Shown piece by piece: positions 39,601 to 49,866 of a stretch of DNA of 64,000 nt (position 1 is its first letter; every line of letters starts with the position of its first letter). Origin of the DNA: Phoronis australis (lineage: Eukaryota; Animalia; Phoronida). Under the pieces are notes generated by a model, which was not told the DNA's origin, did not search any database, and worked only from the letters and a program-made list of their open reading frames with translations. Location: positions 725,169 to 789,168 of the forward strand of contig NMRA01000107.1 in assembly GCA_002633005.1 (NCBI GenBank), in the 5' to 3' direction. The translations under genes were made by a program, and so were the position numbers.

Positions 39601-42600
39601 TACGAAAGTTTCGCGTGGCATTTAGCTGAAAGCTCTGGCCGTGCGCGTCAAATTCAACACTAATGTCATCGGCAGGGTCATCACTTCCGCTAACTCTAGT
39701 GACAAATTCAACTGTAACGAAAACGTAACCGTAGTGTTTTCTTCAGCCAGTTAAATTAAAGATTACTTGGAGGTAAAGGTTGAGCATATAGCATATTCAA
39801 AGGTGGAATAAGCTCGGAAAGTTTGTCAAATATTTTTCTAATTCAGGCCCCGTGCCGTTGTCCTCCTAAAGTCGATTTCATTGTATTCAAACTGAGATTA
39901 GAGATGCGATGTTGTCTAGGCTTGTGAAGGACTGTCTGACTGTTGTTAAATCAACATACGCTCATTACGATTGTTAAGTACTGAGTAATCGAAACAGCGG
40001 ACCGTCTGTTCTAGTTTTTATTGTAAGAATCATAAGTTCAATCAAAAGATACATAAGAGAATCATTGCTTGTCACCGGAACATAGTTTATGCTTTTGATC
40101 AGTTTCGCTTAACTTTGTGGAAAAATATTAGGTGCTCACGTCACATTTATACGTTCTCCAACTTTTGCAGTTAATGCTCCACACAGATAATAATCCTGAA
40201 TCGGAAAACATCATCCGTGCAGTTTTCCACAGGGATCCTGCTTAGTTCTTATACGACCATCACTTACATGTATAACATGGATTCCGAACCGAAATGATGA
40301 GAAACACTATGTTCAGGATCGACTTTTCGCAGTCGGTTTCTAACTATGATTGCGAAAACCCTAACAAGAATTGGTATGCGCCACGTAGTCGCATACAACA
40401 TCCTACCTGAGATATCGCCGTGCATTACGGGCGAAAAACATATCATCACACTAGCTTTACACGCGAGATTATGGCGTTTATTAATTCAGTAATGGTGTGG
40501 TACCGAATGGCTGGTGACAAAAGAGTCCTATCATTGGAGACGTTGACACGCGGCTGCGGTTCTGATTTCATTTTGTTAAATTTATTACACTGAAGTGCTT
40601 TTGAGCATGGTCTTACCTTTGCTGAAACGCACTAACCGTATTAATTCATGACATCAACGAGTGATTATCAAAAAAACTTCCCCGGTGCATTGCCATGTTC
40701 AGTAGCCAACGCCCGCAACTGACACGTACTTTGCATGATACGACACGTAGTCCTTCCAAAGAGTCTTCTCGAAGTCGCCGTTTAAAAAGCGGAATATCCG
40801 TTATTAGAGATATTCTAGGAGACCTTTAAATACAAGCTAGGAATGTATATGTATTTCTTTAATGGACATTCGAGCACAAATTTGAGGCTGGTCTCAAAAT
40901 GTGACCATGAAGCACACATGGGATATCGCGAACATGTTCCCAGGTTCGCGGATACTATGACTAGAGTACTAAGCGGGTTCACTGAAAGAGAAAGTGCCAA
41001 AAACAACAACAAAAAAATCCGTTCTCTATCGTCTTGTCCACCCAACAGATCTCGAGTCTAAACCGATCTCTAACTTAAAGTCGTCAAAGTGACTACATGG
41101 GAGATTTTGCACGGCTCTCAACATTGCTACGTCAGTTCATTGTCTTATTCTAGACCTATAGACCCTCACTTACACTACCTAGCATTGGCTGTGGATTTCG
41201 TACTTGGATGCGATATTCGACACAAGCGTTGAAAAACAGGCCTAGGTATTTATTCAGTTTTGTCTTATGAACACCTGGTGGCCAACACGATGCGTTAACG
41301 CAGAGCATGTGGCTAAAATCACATTCATAAACAAGACCACTTTGAAATGTATGTAATGTATAAGTAAGCAACTTTCAAATACTGCAACAGTTTTGATTGA
41401 AGCTGGGTTGTTGGCATCCATTGTGTTAATTTCAATCCCGGTTTCGCTTTAAATCCCGAACCACTTGATGTGGAAATTTGGCAGTTGGAATGACTGGTCC
41501 GATACAGTCCAAAGCGTGCTTCGGGAAACCCATCTTTTTGTCGATTGGTGGAACTATTCGTTTACCAGTTATTTTCGGGGATGAAACATCTTGATCCATT
41601 ATGTATAAAATGATGAGCAAGGGAGTATGCCGGGTTAGAACGGGAGAAGAACGATTCTATGTACTTGTGGATATGATGGGAAAATTACTGTCTTTTTCTA
41701 CGGAGTTCGGAGGCTTTAGATCATCTTCTTAAGAACCTAAAATGCTGGTGTCTTCAGTATTGAAAAACATATTTTACACCCATTTAGGATAAACAATTAA
41801 GTATGTGTACACAAGCAATCGTGCCCTAAAATAATGGAGACATCGACCATGCAAATTATCATTTAAAACAATGTCAAACGTCTTTTACCGGTCTAAAAAC
41901 ATCGGTTGTCAATAGCTTCTTAACGATATCTCAAACCTTATTCACAAAAATTGTCCCTTTTTACCATTTTTCGCATGTGTCTAGCAGTATACCTTATCTT
42001 CATTATCGGGGAACTTCAAATGCGAAATATATATCTAGCAAGACTTAGTAACAACCATCTTCAACAGTGGAAATTTGTTTACTGCACATCCGAGGTCAAA
42101 GTTTACAGGGCTCTCACTCATATCGAACCTATCGGTGCCAGACATGGAGCAGTTCCGTACTTTCCCTCAGTTCTTTCATTCGCCGAGTCGCCATAATATT
42201 GAGTCAACGAGGTGTACATAGCATATAGAAATTTGCCGCGGAAAACGAGGATAAAACGTAGCTTTTATCCAAATGGAGTTGTATCCATAAGACCATTGAG
42301 AACGAATGGGCCGAGATCGACTTTGTGTTCACTATAACACGGTAAGTTCATTAATTTGATCTGCAATTTGACATTTTGCTGTTTCGATCTCGTGCTCATG
42401 GCGCCCTTTAACCAACGAATTGATTTCTGTTGTCCATTTCGTACAGCATATCATACTCCCCGGCGCGTGGTGTGTATACAGTGAACTGTTGGCCTACTTA
42501 CTGCTGGCTCCGCCTTCTTACCTAGTTAACTTGAGGTATATGGAACCCCACGAACAAAATTAAAATGGTTTAGTGATAATTAAATTAACCAAGCACTGCA

Positions 42601-43915
42601 AATTCAGTTGGCACTGCGAGCGAATGTTGAAATAGCGAACATAGTTAAGGCATGTAAGGGTTATATTAAACAAAAACAATTTTTTACAGAATAAGTAAGC
42701 GACAACCGTCAGATTTTGAAGACTTGCGAGCTGTTCCGCTTTTTCTCATTTCAGGAAAATCGATTTCAGTTGATCTTAGGAACACGAGTTCTCCAAAACG
42801 GCGCAGTGACTTTCACTGAAACTTTCCAATTTTGATATTTATTCATCAATCTAACAAAATAACTGGGTAATAATTATGTCTCAGTTATATGTATGACACC
42901 CAAATATTACATCTCACCACATCTAACAAATGTTTACAGGTATCTTAAAAGGTCATATTTCGTTTTAAGGCCGAAAAACGCATTTTTAAGATTATTGTTG
43001 TTTGGGACATTTTGAAGTCATTACTCGACCAGGAACACACAATTCCTTTTTATGATTTTATAACAAATCGCCTATACTCGCCTCACCGTTGTCTAACTGA
43101 CACTTCCTGAAACCACGGAAGATGTTTGATTATTGAAACGCTTAAAATACTACATCGCATGACCGTTCGTCTGCTACTGCGAATCTTGTGTGCACGATTC
43201 TACGCTAAAGCAAATTATTGTAAAAATCTCCCCGGGAATGCCCCCTTTTCAAACCAAAACCACAACTGTACAACTTTGAAGTGTTTGGAAACCTCGAGTG
43301 CGAGAATAATGGAGGTGTTACTAAATATTTAATAAGTGCATTCTCATCAAACGGAGACTTTTACAGCCAACACGAAATTTATAGCGTATTTGATGTATAC
43401 ACAAATACATTTTTGTGCTCAAAAGGTAGCCATTATCGTGACTGTGGCTTCATTTTGTCCAATCAATGAACTGGGTAAAGCTTAGTAGATGTCTTGCGGC
43501 TAGAAAAATCGAGCCAAAATCACGTTTTCCCGTTTACATTACACGAAAGTATCTCGCGTAATCTGGCGAAGTGTTGTTTTTCTAGAGGGGTCCTAGCGTT
43601 ACTGATCTCTACCCTGACGCAGTCTATGCTTTGACATGCGTGCGTTTTGAGCCCAGAAAAAGGGATTTTATCCATGATAATACTTGGTTTCTATATTAGG
43701 TGATGAAAGATTTAGAGCGTTATGAATCTATGCATGTGAAACGTATGATTATGCAAATATGGACGGCAGCTGACATCAATAAAATTGCATTGGGCGCATT
43801 CACCAACGCCTGTCAGTGTATATCCATACTCACCCTTCTCGACTTCATCTATTGCGGGATCAGACACAGCAAATGCTGCGCTACCAACCAAAAAGCACAG
43901 CAAAAATATTTCCAT
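12463..43915 (-). CDS. Secreted ADAMTS/MIG-17-like M12B metalloprotease, 14 coding exons, ~588 aa (SP-prodomain-M12B-disintegrin-like Cys-rich-Thr-rich-PLAC-like)
   Basis: Manual exon assembly with GT..AG boundaries and matching phases at all 13 introns. Exons: 43915-43834, 39711-39521, 34192-34115, 33861-33702, 32358-32192, 31615-31538, 29257-29100, 28029-27992, 27420-27312, 26818-26678, 24905-24764, 24024-23877, 15096-14986, 12626-12463. Sum 1767 nt = 589 codons including TAA, no internal stop. Zinc motif HELGHNLGARHD and Met-turn HIMDP. Confidence 0.92.
13738..14290 (+). repeat. Possible solo LTR in intron 13
   Basis: TG start, TATATAA at ~13915, AATAAA at ~14235, ends ..CTACA; no TSD identified. 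Confidence 0.3.
14986..15096 (-). CDS. Metalloprotease exon 13: Thr/Ser/Pro-rich mucin-like linker
   Basis: tttattgcag|DSSRTTSRPTNVGGSSTMAATPPTTKSTTKATTRAPT|gtaacg; symmetric phase 1->1, 111 nt. Confidence 0.82.
16201..16479. mobile_element. Short CAGxGGCGGAT-type MITE
   Basis: CAGTGGCGGATTTAG..CTGGATCCGCCTCTG; flanking direct repeat GAATA; absent from the 25 kb copy of the host element. Confidence 0.65.
16708..16855. mobile_element. Short CAGGGGCGGATCC-type MITE
   Basis: CAGGGGCGGATCCAG..CTAAGTCCACCACTG; absent from the 25 kb copy of the host element. Confidence 0.6.
17921..18105. mobile_element. Terminal fragment of the same Harbinger-like family, inverted
   Basis: CAGCCGATTTCATAAAGGTGGTTTAAAGTTAAACCAGG.. 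is the reverse complement of the 26240-26379 end; cut off at the N at 18106. Confidence 0.75.
18241..19680 (-). mobile_element. 5'-truncated CR1/L2-superfamily LINE reverse transcriptase fragment
   Basis: LNPHKAAGQDEISPHILK; GFRNHRSCETQL; LDFSKAFDKV; SGVPQDSVLGPALFILYINDL; RLFADD; YLGVTL; LAYTSLVRPKLEYSSSVWDP; frameshifts and stops. Confidence 0.92.
19680..20560 (-). pseudogene. Gypsy integrase remnant (HHCC plus core)
   Basis: RLAHESILGG..CRSCDICQK; KRIAIDLVGP..RYILTVVDLATRYPEAV; KQMLKKMCQERPKDWNRYLPAVLFASREVPQSNTGFSP; many frameshifts. Confidence 0.92.
21000..21260 (-). pseudogene. Gypsy aspartic protease remnant
   Basis: GFVGNKKASVLRDTACTTIVV (DTG-like motif) and DLIIGDV. Confidence 0.8.
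21340..22114 (-). pseudogene. Gypsy gag remnant with SCAN-like capsid domain and CCHC knuckle
   Basis: LGQGMGLQGDDLRQFVEKE; LSPLLTGKGLQVYTSL..DYATLKRALMKRYELTEEGFRRNFR..RYIDRWL; CFFCHKAGHLARDS; frameshifted. Confidence 0.88.
22160..22175 (-). promoter_or_regulatory. Primer binding site of the Gypsy element
   Basis: TGGTGAGAACGCCAGG begins 2 nt inside the 5' LTR end; resembles a tRNA-Ala-type PBS (tRNA assignment tentative). Confidence 0.7.
22178..23136 (-). repeat. 5' LTR of the Gypsy element (contains SINE insertion)
   Basis: Aligns with 15456-15790 plus 17564-17920; AATAAA on minus strand at 22524-22529; followed on minus strand by a PBS. Confidence 0.88.
22251..22487 (-). mobile_element. 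tRNA-derived SINE inserted in the 5' LTR
   Basis: A-box-like TGGTCTGGTTG and B box GGTTCGAGTCC on minus strand; A-tail; 9-bp TSD TGCGACGAT (22242-22250, 22488-22496); absent from the other LTR. Confidence 0.85.
23877..24024 (-). CDS. Metalloprotease exon 12: ADAMTS disintegrin-like Cys-rich domain
   Basis: gttttgtttag|WAYSSENDKCRALWCKTTGNYCGTRYSPAAKGTDCGTNKWCINGNCVTK|gtaaat; CxxLWC..PAAxGTxCGxxKWCxxGxCV. Confidence 0.95.
24626..24755. repeat. (CCTG)n and (TA)n microsatellites
   Basis: Degenerate TGCC tandem array then TATATA run next to the exon 11 donor. Confidence 0.9.
24764..24905 (-). CDS. Metalloprotease exon 11: end of M12B, start of disintegrin-like domain
   Basis: cattttcag|YRDCLKDPATHGDPELWAAHMARLPGQMYTADDQCQQLYGQSSSECQ|gtaagc; ADAMTS CLxDxP..LPGxxYxADxQC motif. 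Confidence 0.95.
25439..25592. mobile_element. Short GGCGGATCC-type MITE (matching copy at ~17044-17193)
   Basis: CATAGGCGGATCCA..TGGATCCGCCCCTG; present at the same position in both copies of the Harbinger-like host. Confidence 0.6.
25833..26233. mobile_element. Harbinger-type MITE nested in the Harbinger-like element
   Basis: TIRs GGCCCCGTCTCTAATCTTT / AAAGATTGGAGACAGGGCC; 3-bp TSD CAG; host sequence GACTTAGACCAG|GTCTAAA is uninterrupted in the copy at ~17410. Confidence 0.85.
26678..26818 (-). CDS. Metalloprotease exon 10: third zinc His and Met-turn
   Basis: ttattttcag|LGARHDGGSSGCAEANHIMDPNGGNSNLHNTFYFSSCSVQDFKNTL(G)|gtatga. Confidence 0.95.
27312..27420 (-). CDS. Metalloprotease exon 9: first half of zinc-binding motif
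   Basis: tttgtttcag|GYAPVAGICSSSRSVSLSESHGGFKCISIAAHELGH(N)|gtatgt. Confidence 0.95.
27992..28029 (-). CDS. Metalloprotease exon 8 (38 nt)
   Basis: tatttttcag|(D)LDLTHMGSTAAA(G)|gtattt; phase 2->1 bridges exons 7 and 9. Confidence 0.82.
28593..28882. mobile_element. G-rich MITE in intron 7 (spans an N gap)
   Basis: TIRs CGTGGGCGCACCCAG / CTGGGTGCGCGCATG; flanking AATAA direct repeat. Confidence 0.6.
29100..29257 (-). CDS. Metalloprotease exon 7
   Basis: SPQGSSWYDNNKVTVPSGRNQVDVNLALNGLVNYIQRYHSSLPKHDHAFSFS|gtgagt; HDHA motif of reprolysins. An alternative in-frame CAG acceptor would start the exon at 29248. Confidence 0.88.
31538..31615 (-). CDS. Metalloprotease exon 6
   Basis: tgtttcag|VDLRFQNINDPTINIFITLAGYVIAK|gtaagg; phase 0->0. 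Confidence 0.9.
32192..32358 (-). CDS. Metalloprotease exon 5: furin site and start of catalytic domain
   Basis: cattttgtag|ATRGARVRRRNKIIANIEGLVMVDYSLWRKFYKKNSFDSTKATNEIKQYFAYVIHG|gtaagg; RVRR furin site, IExLVxVD strand. Confidence 0.92.
33702..33861 (-). CDS. Metalloprotease exon 4: prodomain
   Basis: ccttttgcgttgaag|LSGHVTRNNVLYELEQEGKKTMVVRKKRESLWAHEMKLRSSKDYDDADIETII|gtgagt; phase 0->1; RKKR site. Confidence 0.82.
34115..34192 (-). CDS. Metalloprotease exon 3: prodomain
   Basis: ttatttttctag|IFDNNQFFGGSQNGTTILLKRTSSGK|gtacaa; phase 0->0. Confidence 0.7.
35140..35495. mobile_element. hAT-like MITE
   Basis: TIRs CATAGACATC / GATGTCTATG; degenerate 8-bp TSD ATGTCAAC / ACGTAAAC. Confidence 0.55.
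35648..37382 (-). mobile_element. Non-autonomous Kolobok-type DNA transposon with THAP remnant (intron 2)
   Basis: TTAA|AGGAGAATGCCACCC..GGGTGGCATTCTCCT|TTAA; minus strand 37218-~37000 reads MPLYC..AC..GISFFRVPREPEMLRKWL..LRVGGRHFVDSDF (THAP, with stops and frameshifts). Confidence 0.85.
38267..38890 (+). mobile_element. Left part of another Kolobok-like element with THAP remnant
   Basis: TTAA|AGGGGCAAG terminus; VNKCV..GARLFTFPKN..WIQF THAP-like reading at 38656-38844; right end not found. Confidence 0.45.
39521..39711 (-). CDS. Metalloprotease exon 2: prodomain
   Basis: ttttcgttacag|..(V)EFVTRVSGSDDPADDISVEFDAHGQSFQLNATRNFRIQPDCVPVMFVGADGTPRKEEPPIKPK|gtaaaa; FxAxGxxFxL..N motif of ADAM prodomains; phase 1->0. 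Confidence 0.85.
43834..43915 (-). CDS. Metalloprotease exon 1: signal peptide
   Basis: MEIFLLCFLVGSAAFAVSDPAIDEVEK, hydrophobic core with AFA cleavage motif; donor G|GTGAGT, phase 1. Confidence 0.85.
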
Positions 43916-43971
43916 CGCAGTTCGATCAACACAATGCACCAATCGTTGGCGGCTGATTGGGCGTGGAATCG

Positions 43972-43980
43972 TTTTATATA
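43972..43980 (-). promoter_or_regulatory. TATA box of the metalloprotease gene
   Basis: TATATAAAA on the minus strand about 60 nt upstream of the ATG at 43915. Confidence 0.6.
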
Positions 43981-45100
43981 GCGTTCGGTTTTGAATTCGT
44001 CACGCGCACAAGACGCGTCAATAGATATTTGTTCCTGGGATCAAATTCGACGGCTCTTTAATTGACAACGCCAGGTCTACCAATCAAACTATGAATTTAA
44101 CATTATTAACAACAAGATTAACAAAATGTCGTGGGAACAGTTCTAAAGCTCACAGAGTTTATAGTGGACACAATTCCCAAACCGTTTCCCCGTGCACGGC
44201 TTTTGTAAGCTGCTTAAACCGACGAGATTTAACTATGAATAGTGAGCTTTGTAAACGAATTTGAATGGTTCCAAGGCATCGTAATGTAAACATAATAATT
44301 ATCAAAGTGCTACCCACAACCTTAAACGGCAAAAACCCACCTTCCACCATAGAACAGTTTCATTTGCGACGGTATTGCTGCATGCGCGTTGTCTGATTCG
44401 ACAACTTTGATATGCGCAAATAGAATCAAAAGTAAACAATTAGCTGCTTGGTGTAATGAAGTTAAATTAAAATCCGTCAAAAGTAGACAAACCTCTATTT
44501 TAATGCAACAAAGGTTTTATTGAACTGCCAAATAGTCATGGCAAGAAATTTGTTCAAGTTTTGTCATATACTGGCAGTAAAATCTCAGGTGCAAAGTATA
44601 TAAGTGCAAAAGGTTGAAAATATCAAAGACTTGTTAAAATGTTTTTACTTGCTGCCCTAACAATCGGTTCGGTTTTTGTACAATATTGATGTGCCAAAAT
44701 GTATATCTAGTAGGCTGTATGACAATGGTTTTATATTATTTGTTAAAATAACCATGCTTTTTCATTTATTTAGGCAAAGTTTCATTCTATTCCTTTTAAC
44801 AATGCGTGCAGATGACTTACGAGATCGCAAAAACATTGGTTCAAAACCGTTTTAGGGGGTTATGTGATATAAACTCTAAATATTGGTGGTAAATCATTCA
44901 CTCTTGGTTCAAGACATTTGAATAGCAAACCATTTGCATAAGAAAAATAATGTCAACTTCGTATTAATTTAATGGCTGCTAGTCTCCTGGACTCACATCT
45001 AAATATAATGACTACACTTTCTAAAATTACGAGCGAAAAATACGAGAGTAAAACTTCTTAAGAGCTCATGTGACTCACAAAGAAATTTCTTATTGAATAT

Positions 45101-45352
45101 AGAGATTTCGGTCGTAAAACACGAGTGAAGTCTCGGTCGTAATTACGCTCGTAATTACGGTTGAACGATTACGCTCGTAAAACACGAGCGAAATGTTGGT
45201 CGTAATCACGAGCACAATTATGGGTGAATGATTTCGGTCTTGAAACACGAGCGAAGTCTCGCCCGTGATCACGAGAATAATTATGGGCGAACAATTTCGA
45301 TAGTAAAACACGAGCGAAATCTTTGTCGTCATTACGAGCGTAATTACTCGCG
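45101..45352. repeat. 63-bp minisatellite, 4 units
   Basis: TCGTAAAACACGAG-like motif at 45112, 45175, 45238, 45301. Confidence 0.85.
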
Positions 45353-45530
45353 ACACTTTTACCAGAACAGCCCACCTCTTGCCAAACTTTCAAATCAGAC
45401 GTGCTCTGAAATGAGTGATTACACCTCGTTACATACTCGAACGGAAATATTTAGTCGGGGAATGACTTGACGTAGTTGTTTCTCTGGTTGTATATTTGCG
45501 TGTGACTTAGATGCTGTCATCGCTGGAGAT

Positions 45531-46333
45531 AGGAACAGCCCACTATTCTGAAGATTCACTACTCTGAAGGTCCATTACTCCGAAGGATCACTACTCCGAA
45601 GGTTCACTCACTGCAAAAATATCTAAAATTTTGGACCCAGGTGTAATTTCTGTACTTTTGCATGCAAAAATAAATAACACTTCGGTTATTAGATGCACAC
45701 AGTGTTGTACCTATACCGAAAACAACACCCGGCGGGTAATAAAACACTCTTTGGATTTCATGCGCATGCGAAAATGCTGACATGGCTTAAGAATACGGAA
45801 AAATGAGTACGAACTTGCATTTCTAGAAGAGAATGAAGTAGGGATATTGATGAATTATCAACCAAGATACATTTATCAAATCCATGTCAAGGTCTCATCA
45901 TTCCACAGCGTGACTGAAAGGTTCAGGGCCGCTGCACCTCAACCTCAGCCACCGGAACCACGCGCATGGCCTTACCGAAACTACATGTAGTTAGTAGGCT
46001 ACCTTGTCCCTGCCAGTCTTCACAAAGTCAGAGAGTCTCATTCAGTCTGATAAAATTTAAAGCCATTGTTGGTCGTCGCACCCCTGACCCGCGCCCTAGA
46101 TGTTGTGCCTGCTTCAGGATGTGTCATTACTTAGATTCAAGAATCACGATTGGCAGTAATTTGTAAACAGTGTAATCAATATTTTAATAACTATTCTACT
46201 CTTGCACACCCTTTAACTGGTTACTAAATGGACACAAATATAAAGCTTTATTTATATCAGTCCCGACTCATTAGCAGACAGTCAGAGTAGTGAATCTTAG
46301 GAGTACTGAACCACCGGAATAGTGGCATGTGAC
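45531..46333. mobile_element. MITE-like element with inverted subterminal CACTACTCCGAAGG arrays
   Basis: Tandem CACTACTCCGAAGG units at 45540-45610, inverted GAGTAGTGAA..GGAATAGTGG units at 46285-46325; related array at ~4608-4675. Confidence 0.5.
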
Positions 46334-47339
46334 CTTGGAAACATTCTCAATGAAGTTTGTTGCTCGTATGAAGTCTGCGAGGCTGTGCACCATTGACACG
46401 AGAGAAGACTTTAACCGTTGACCAAAAATTTAATAGGTCTAGAGCTACTTTTCCCTAATAATGTAAACATGCTTGTCGGGGAGTTCTCAGTGCAAGAAAA
46501 CACGGTAGTTAAATGTCTGGTTTTTGAGCAACGATGGAGGACTGCCAATAATGAACTTACCGTCGACGTGTATTGAATTTAAGAGTCACTACATGAGAAC
46601 GTCAGGCAATTTGCAATATTATGGGAACATGAAATGTCACAAATTTTAAATTTGATATAGTACATATATCACTTGAGGTGAATTAGCTACAAAAATATAA
46701 AAATTAGTTTTGTCGATCATCAGTTTGTAAATATATAACGAATAACTAAATCGGGTGAATAAATGGCCTAACCCCTTGTGCGCGACTGCCGAAAATGCCC
46801 TATGTTTCCATGGGAATTAAACCACTTTGCGGGCATTTAAAAAATAAAAATTTGATTGAGTTATACACAACTATCCCTTTTGTAATTGATAATGCCAAAA
46901 ATAATTCAGAATGACGTATTTTGATATTTTTAAGGAACTTTTGAATGCCTTGCCTCCACGGGCCAAATACAGTTACCAATTTAGACCTATATAGAGGCCT
47001 ATGTAATTCAAGCGCGAAAAAATGCACACCAACCACACATGGGTTCTGTGATAGCTACAGCTCTCGTCTTTGACAAGATGTCGTTATTTCTATGGACAGC
47101 ACCTTTTTGATTCTCGAATTTACACTTTAGCGAAGGCACTTTCACCACTTTCATCTGTTTCATACTGCCGCCAATAGAGAACGGCAAAGCAAAATATATG
47201 AAAAATATGATCCAAATTGGAAGTAAATAGTAGTAAAAAATAATATTAAACTTTATTCAAGATAACCAGAATTGCTTCGAGCGTTCTTTTAGCGAAATAT
47301 TGCGTTATTGACATTTAGCTAAGAAACGGAATGAGGTCC

Positions 47340-49070
47340 ACGAAAATAGGTCATGCTCTGAAGGAAAATGGCAAAGCCAGCGCGCCGCTCGGTTACTTAC
47401 AACAAAGATATTGTTAAATACCTGAAAAGTGTCAACACACTAGATCACTTGGAAGAATGGGAGTTGATTGGCAATCTGGTACGAATGGGAGTGTGAGAGA
47501 CAAAGGAACTGGCCAGCCTGTTAGAACAAAGGATCATATGTCCAAAGCACCCTATGTGGCAGTATCTAGGTTGTATGCCAATGTGTACGTTTGCAGCCTC
47601 AGGAATGCAAAGGATGTTCACCGATCAATCCCAGGACTACGTCAACTTAATAACTTCTCATTTGAAGATGAGCTACGTAACAATTCATATTTTTTCTCAG
47701 AAATCTCACAGTGATTAGTCATACCATCTGAGAACTAGTTTCAGCTATGTATGAGGTCTGAAACAAAAGTTAAATATTTGATTGAATGGAATATTCTTTC
47801 GAAGTTTGATTTTTAAAAAGGACTTGTGTTCTAATGCTTAGAACTAAGTTACCTATTTCAACTAGAAAAGTGGTTGCTTGGAAAGCATATGGGATCGGAG
47901 ATGGGGTGGTTTTGGAGAACCCTGCTTCTGATTACAAACCAGTGGAACTAGTGGTTGAGGAATGTCATGTTGAATCCTCATTGAGACCTTTCACTAGTTT
48001 CAGCAATCGAAAGACGAATATATTCCTGTGTCCAAAAGATGGCTGTAACAACACTTTTGCCTCTCGAAACGAACTCAAGCAGCAAGTTAGCATAGGCTGG
48101 CATGATAAACAACAGCCAACAGCACTTGAAGATAATCGCTGATAGTGGAGAGAAAGTGGGTTGCCAGAGTCACTGGTATACAAGGTGAAGTTCATGATCT
48201 AACAGCATGCTCGTTGAACTCAATTTGGCATCACAAATCCATAAGTTTGACATATAACCTTTGTTGCGCATTTGAGTCACTGACTGTTCCAAGTTGACTT
48301 AATAGTCAATATGGAAATGTACTGTGTGATGTTCTATACTACAACCCAACAAAAAGTGAAGCTGTTGTGGAACATGCTACTCAACAGCCTATGCAGCCAT
48401 GGCTTGGACATTCCCACAAATTTAGGTTGGATTTTTTGACGTGGATTAATGTATCAATCAGACCACTCAAACAGCACAGCTCTCTCACTGATGACCACAG
48501 CATTTGGATTTTGAAAGCTCATTTTGTGAATTCACAAAACATGGCTACCCATCCAAAAAGCATAGCTCCCGGTGTTGCATCCAGTTTTGTTACCTTTAAA
48601 CACTCCTTACACACTCTTCCCCCAGTCATGCACATGATCCTTAGTCACGTGAGTTTTTGAACTGATTATGGTTACAAAAGCTGCGTTTGATTTGTGTGAA
48701 CAGGGGTCAGCTTACAATTATGGTGTGAGTGGTGTTCACGAGTGTTTGACAATTGTTGTTCTGGTAGCCTGCCAATGGACTAGGTAACATATACTATCTT
48801 ATTGAGTTTTACATTTGCAGGTGTAAAAATGCAGGCAGCTAGTACCCAAACAGCATGAGAGTCATACAGCACAATGGGGTGGGCTCTGAAGTCAGCATAA
48901 ATGTCTGAAATAATGACTGAAAGCGTAAAGATATTTTTGACAGATGCGTTCAACGAAGGCATGAAAACTGGTCAAAAAGCGATCCAATGAGGTGTTCCCA
49001 ACAAACGAGAACTGTAGGACACAATCATAGAACTGCTGTTCGAATATCTTGAGCAGTACCATGTAGATCG
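47340..49070 (+). pseudogene. Decayed DNA transposase C-terminal region (Sola-like, tentative)
   Basis: IPGLRQLNNFSF; VVAWKAYGIGDG; FLCPKDGCNNTF..L..GWH (C2H2-like); MGWALK..VKIFLTDAFNEG..TGQK; fragmented. Family assigned from recalled motifs only. Confidence 0.45.
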
Positions 49071-49866
49071 TAATCATCATTGTTACTGTATTCTTGTTGT
49101 GCACCTTATGGTGTGTCTATTGCTATGAAGTAATGTTGCTAGTGAGTTTGATTCCTTGATATTTTCTGTGAAATTACTTCTCACGCCAAGTGTCCCTTTA
49201 ACTGTCATTTCCAGGTTATTTGTATAAATTAATATACAGCACAAGCCAAACTTTTCCTTACAAAATAACCCGGAATTCCTTGCCATACCAGCTGGGGCAA
49301 AAGTAGAATTCGTGGTCAAAGTGGTCTTCCTTTGTTACTGAAAATGAAGGGAAACAGGAAAGTTAATATGGTGGCTAAGACATTCTGTAATTAGCTGTGG
49401 TAATAGTTATTACCAGTCATTTTTGCGTTAACAGGACTAGCCATCAAATGGGGCAAAGATTTATAGTGTCTGATTACTTTTGCTTTGTTCTGTATGACTG
49501 TTTGCAAGCCTGCGTGTGTAGACCCATTATGCTGTCATCCGGTCTTTTTGTCTGGCATCTGCTGCTACATCTCCAAATCCTTGGTGGATGTGAAATTTTA
49601 CAAATGAGATGACACAAGAGAATTTTGGGATGTATTTGACTACCACTGGGCCCTTAGTGGCAAGTTTACTTCTTCATGTTAGTCTCTTTATCTAGCAAGT
49701 TCCTTGAGACTGATTTTCATCAAATTTCGCAAATTAGTTTCAGTTATGGAGACAGCCACGTTTTCCTACTTCCTGGCGTACCTATGTAATATGTACAGAA
49801 ACGTTGCCATTGAGATGAGCACGACTGATTGTTGATTGAACAATCTCATATGGTGCCCTTTAATGG

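Noticed and set aside
40617-40800. Candidate prodomain exon ending at a GTAAGA donor
   Set aside because: The frames I translated hit stops before the donor and show no family motif; exon 1 joins exon 2 in phase without it.
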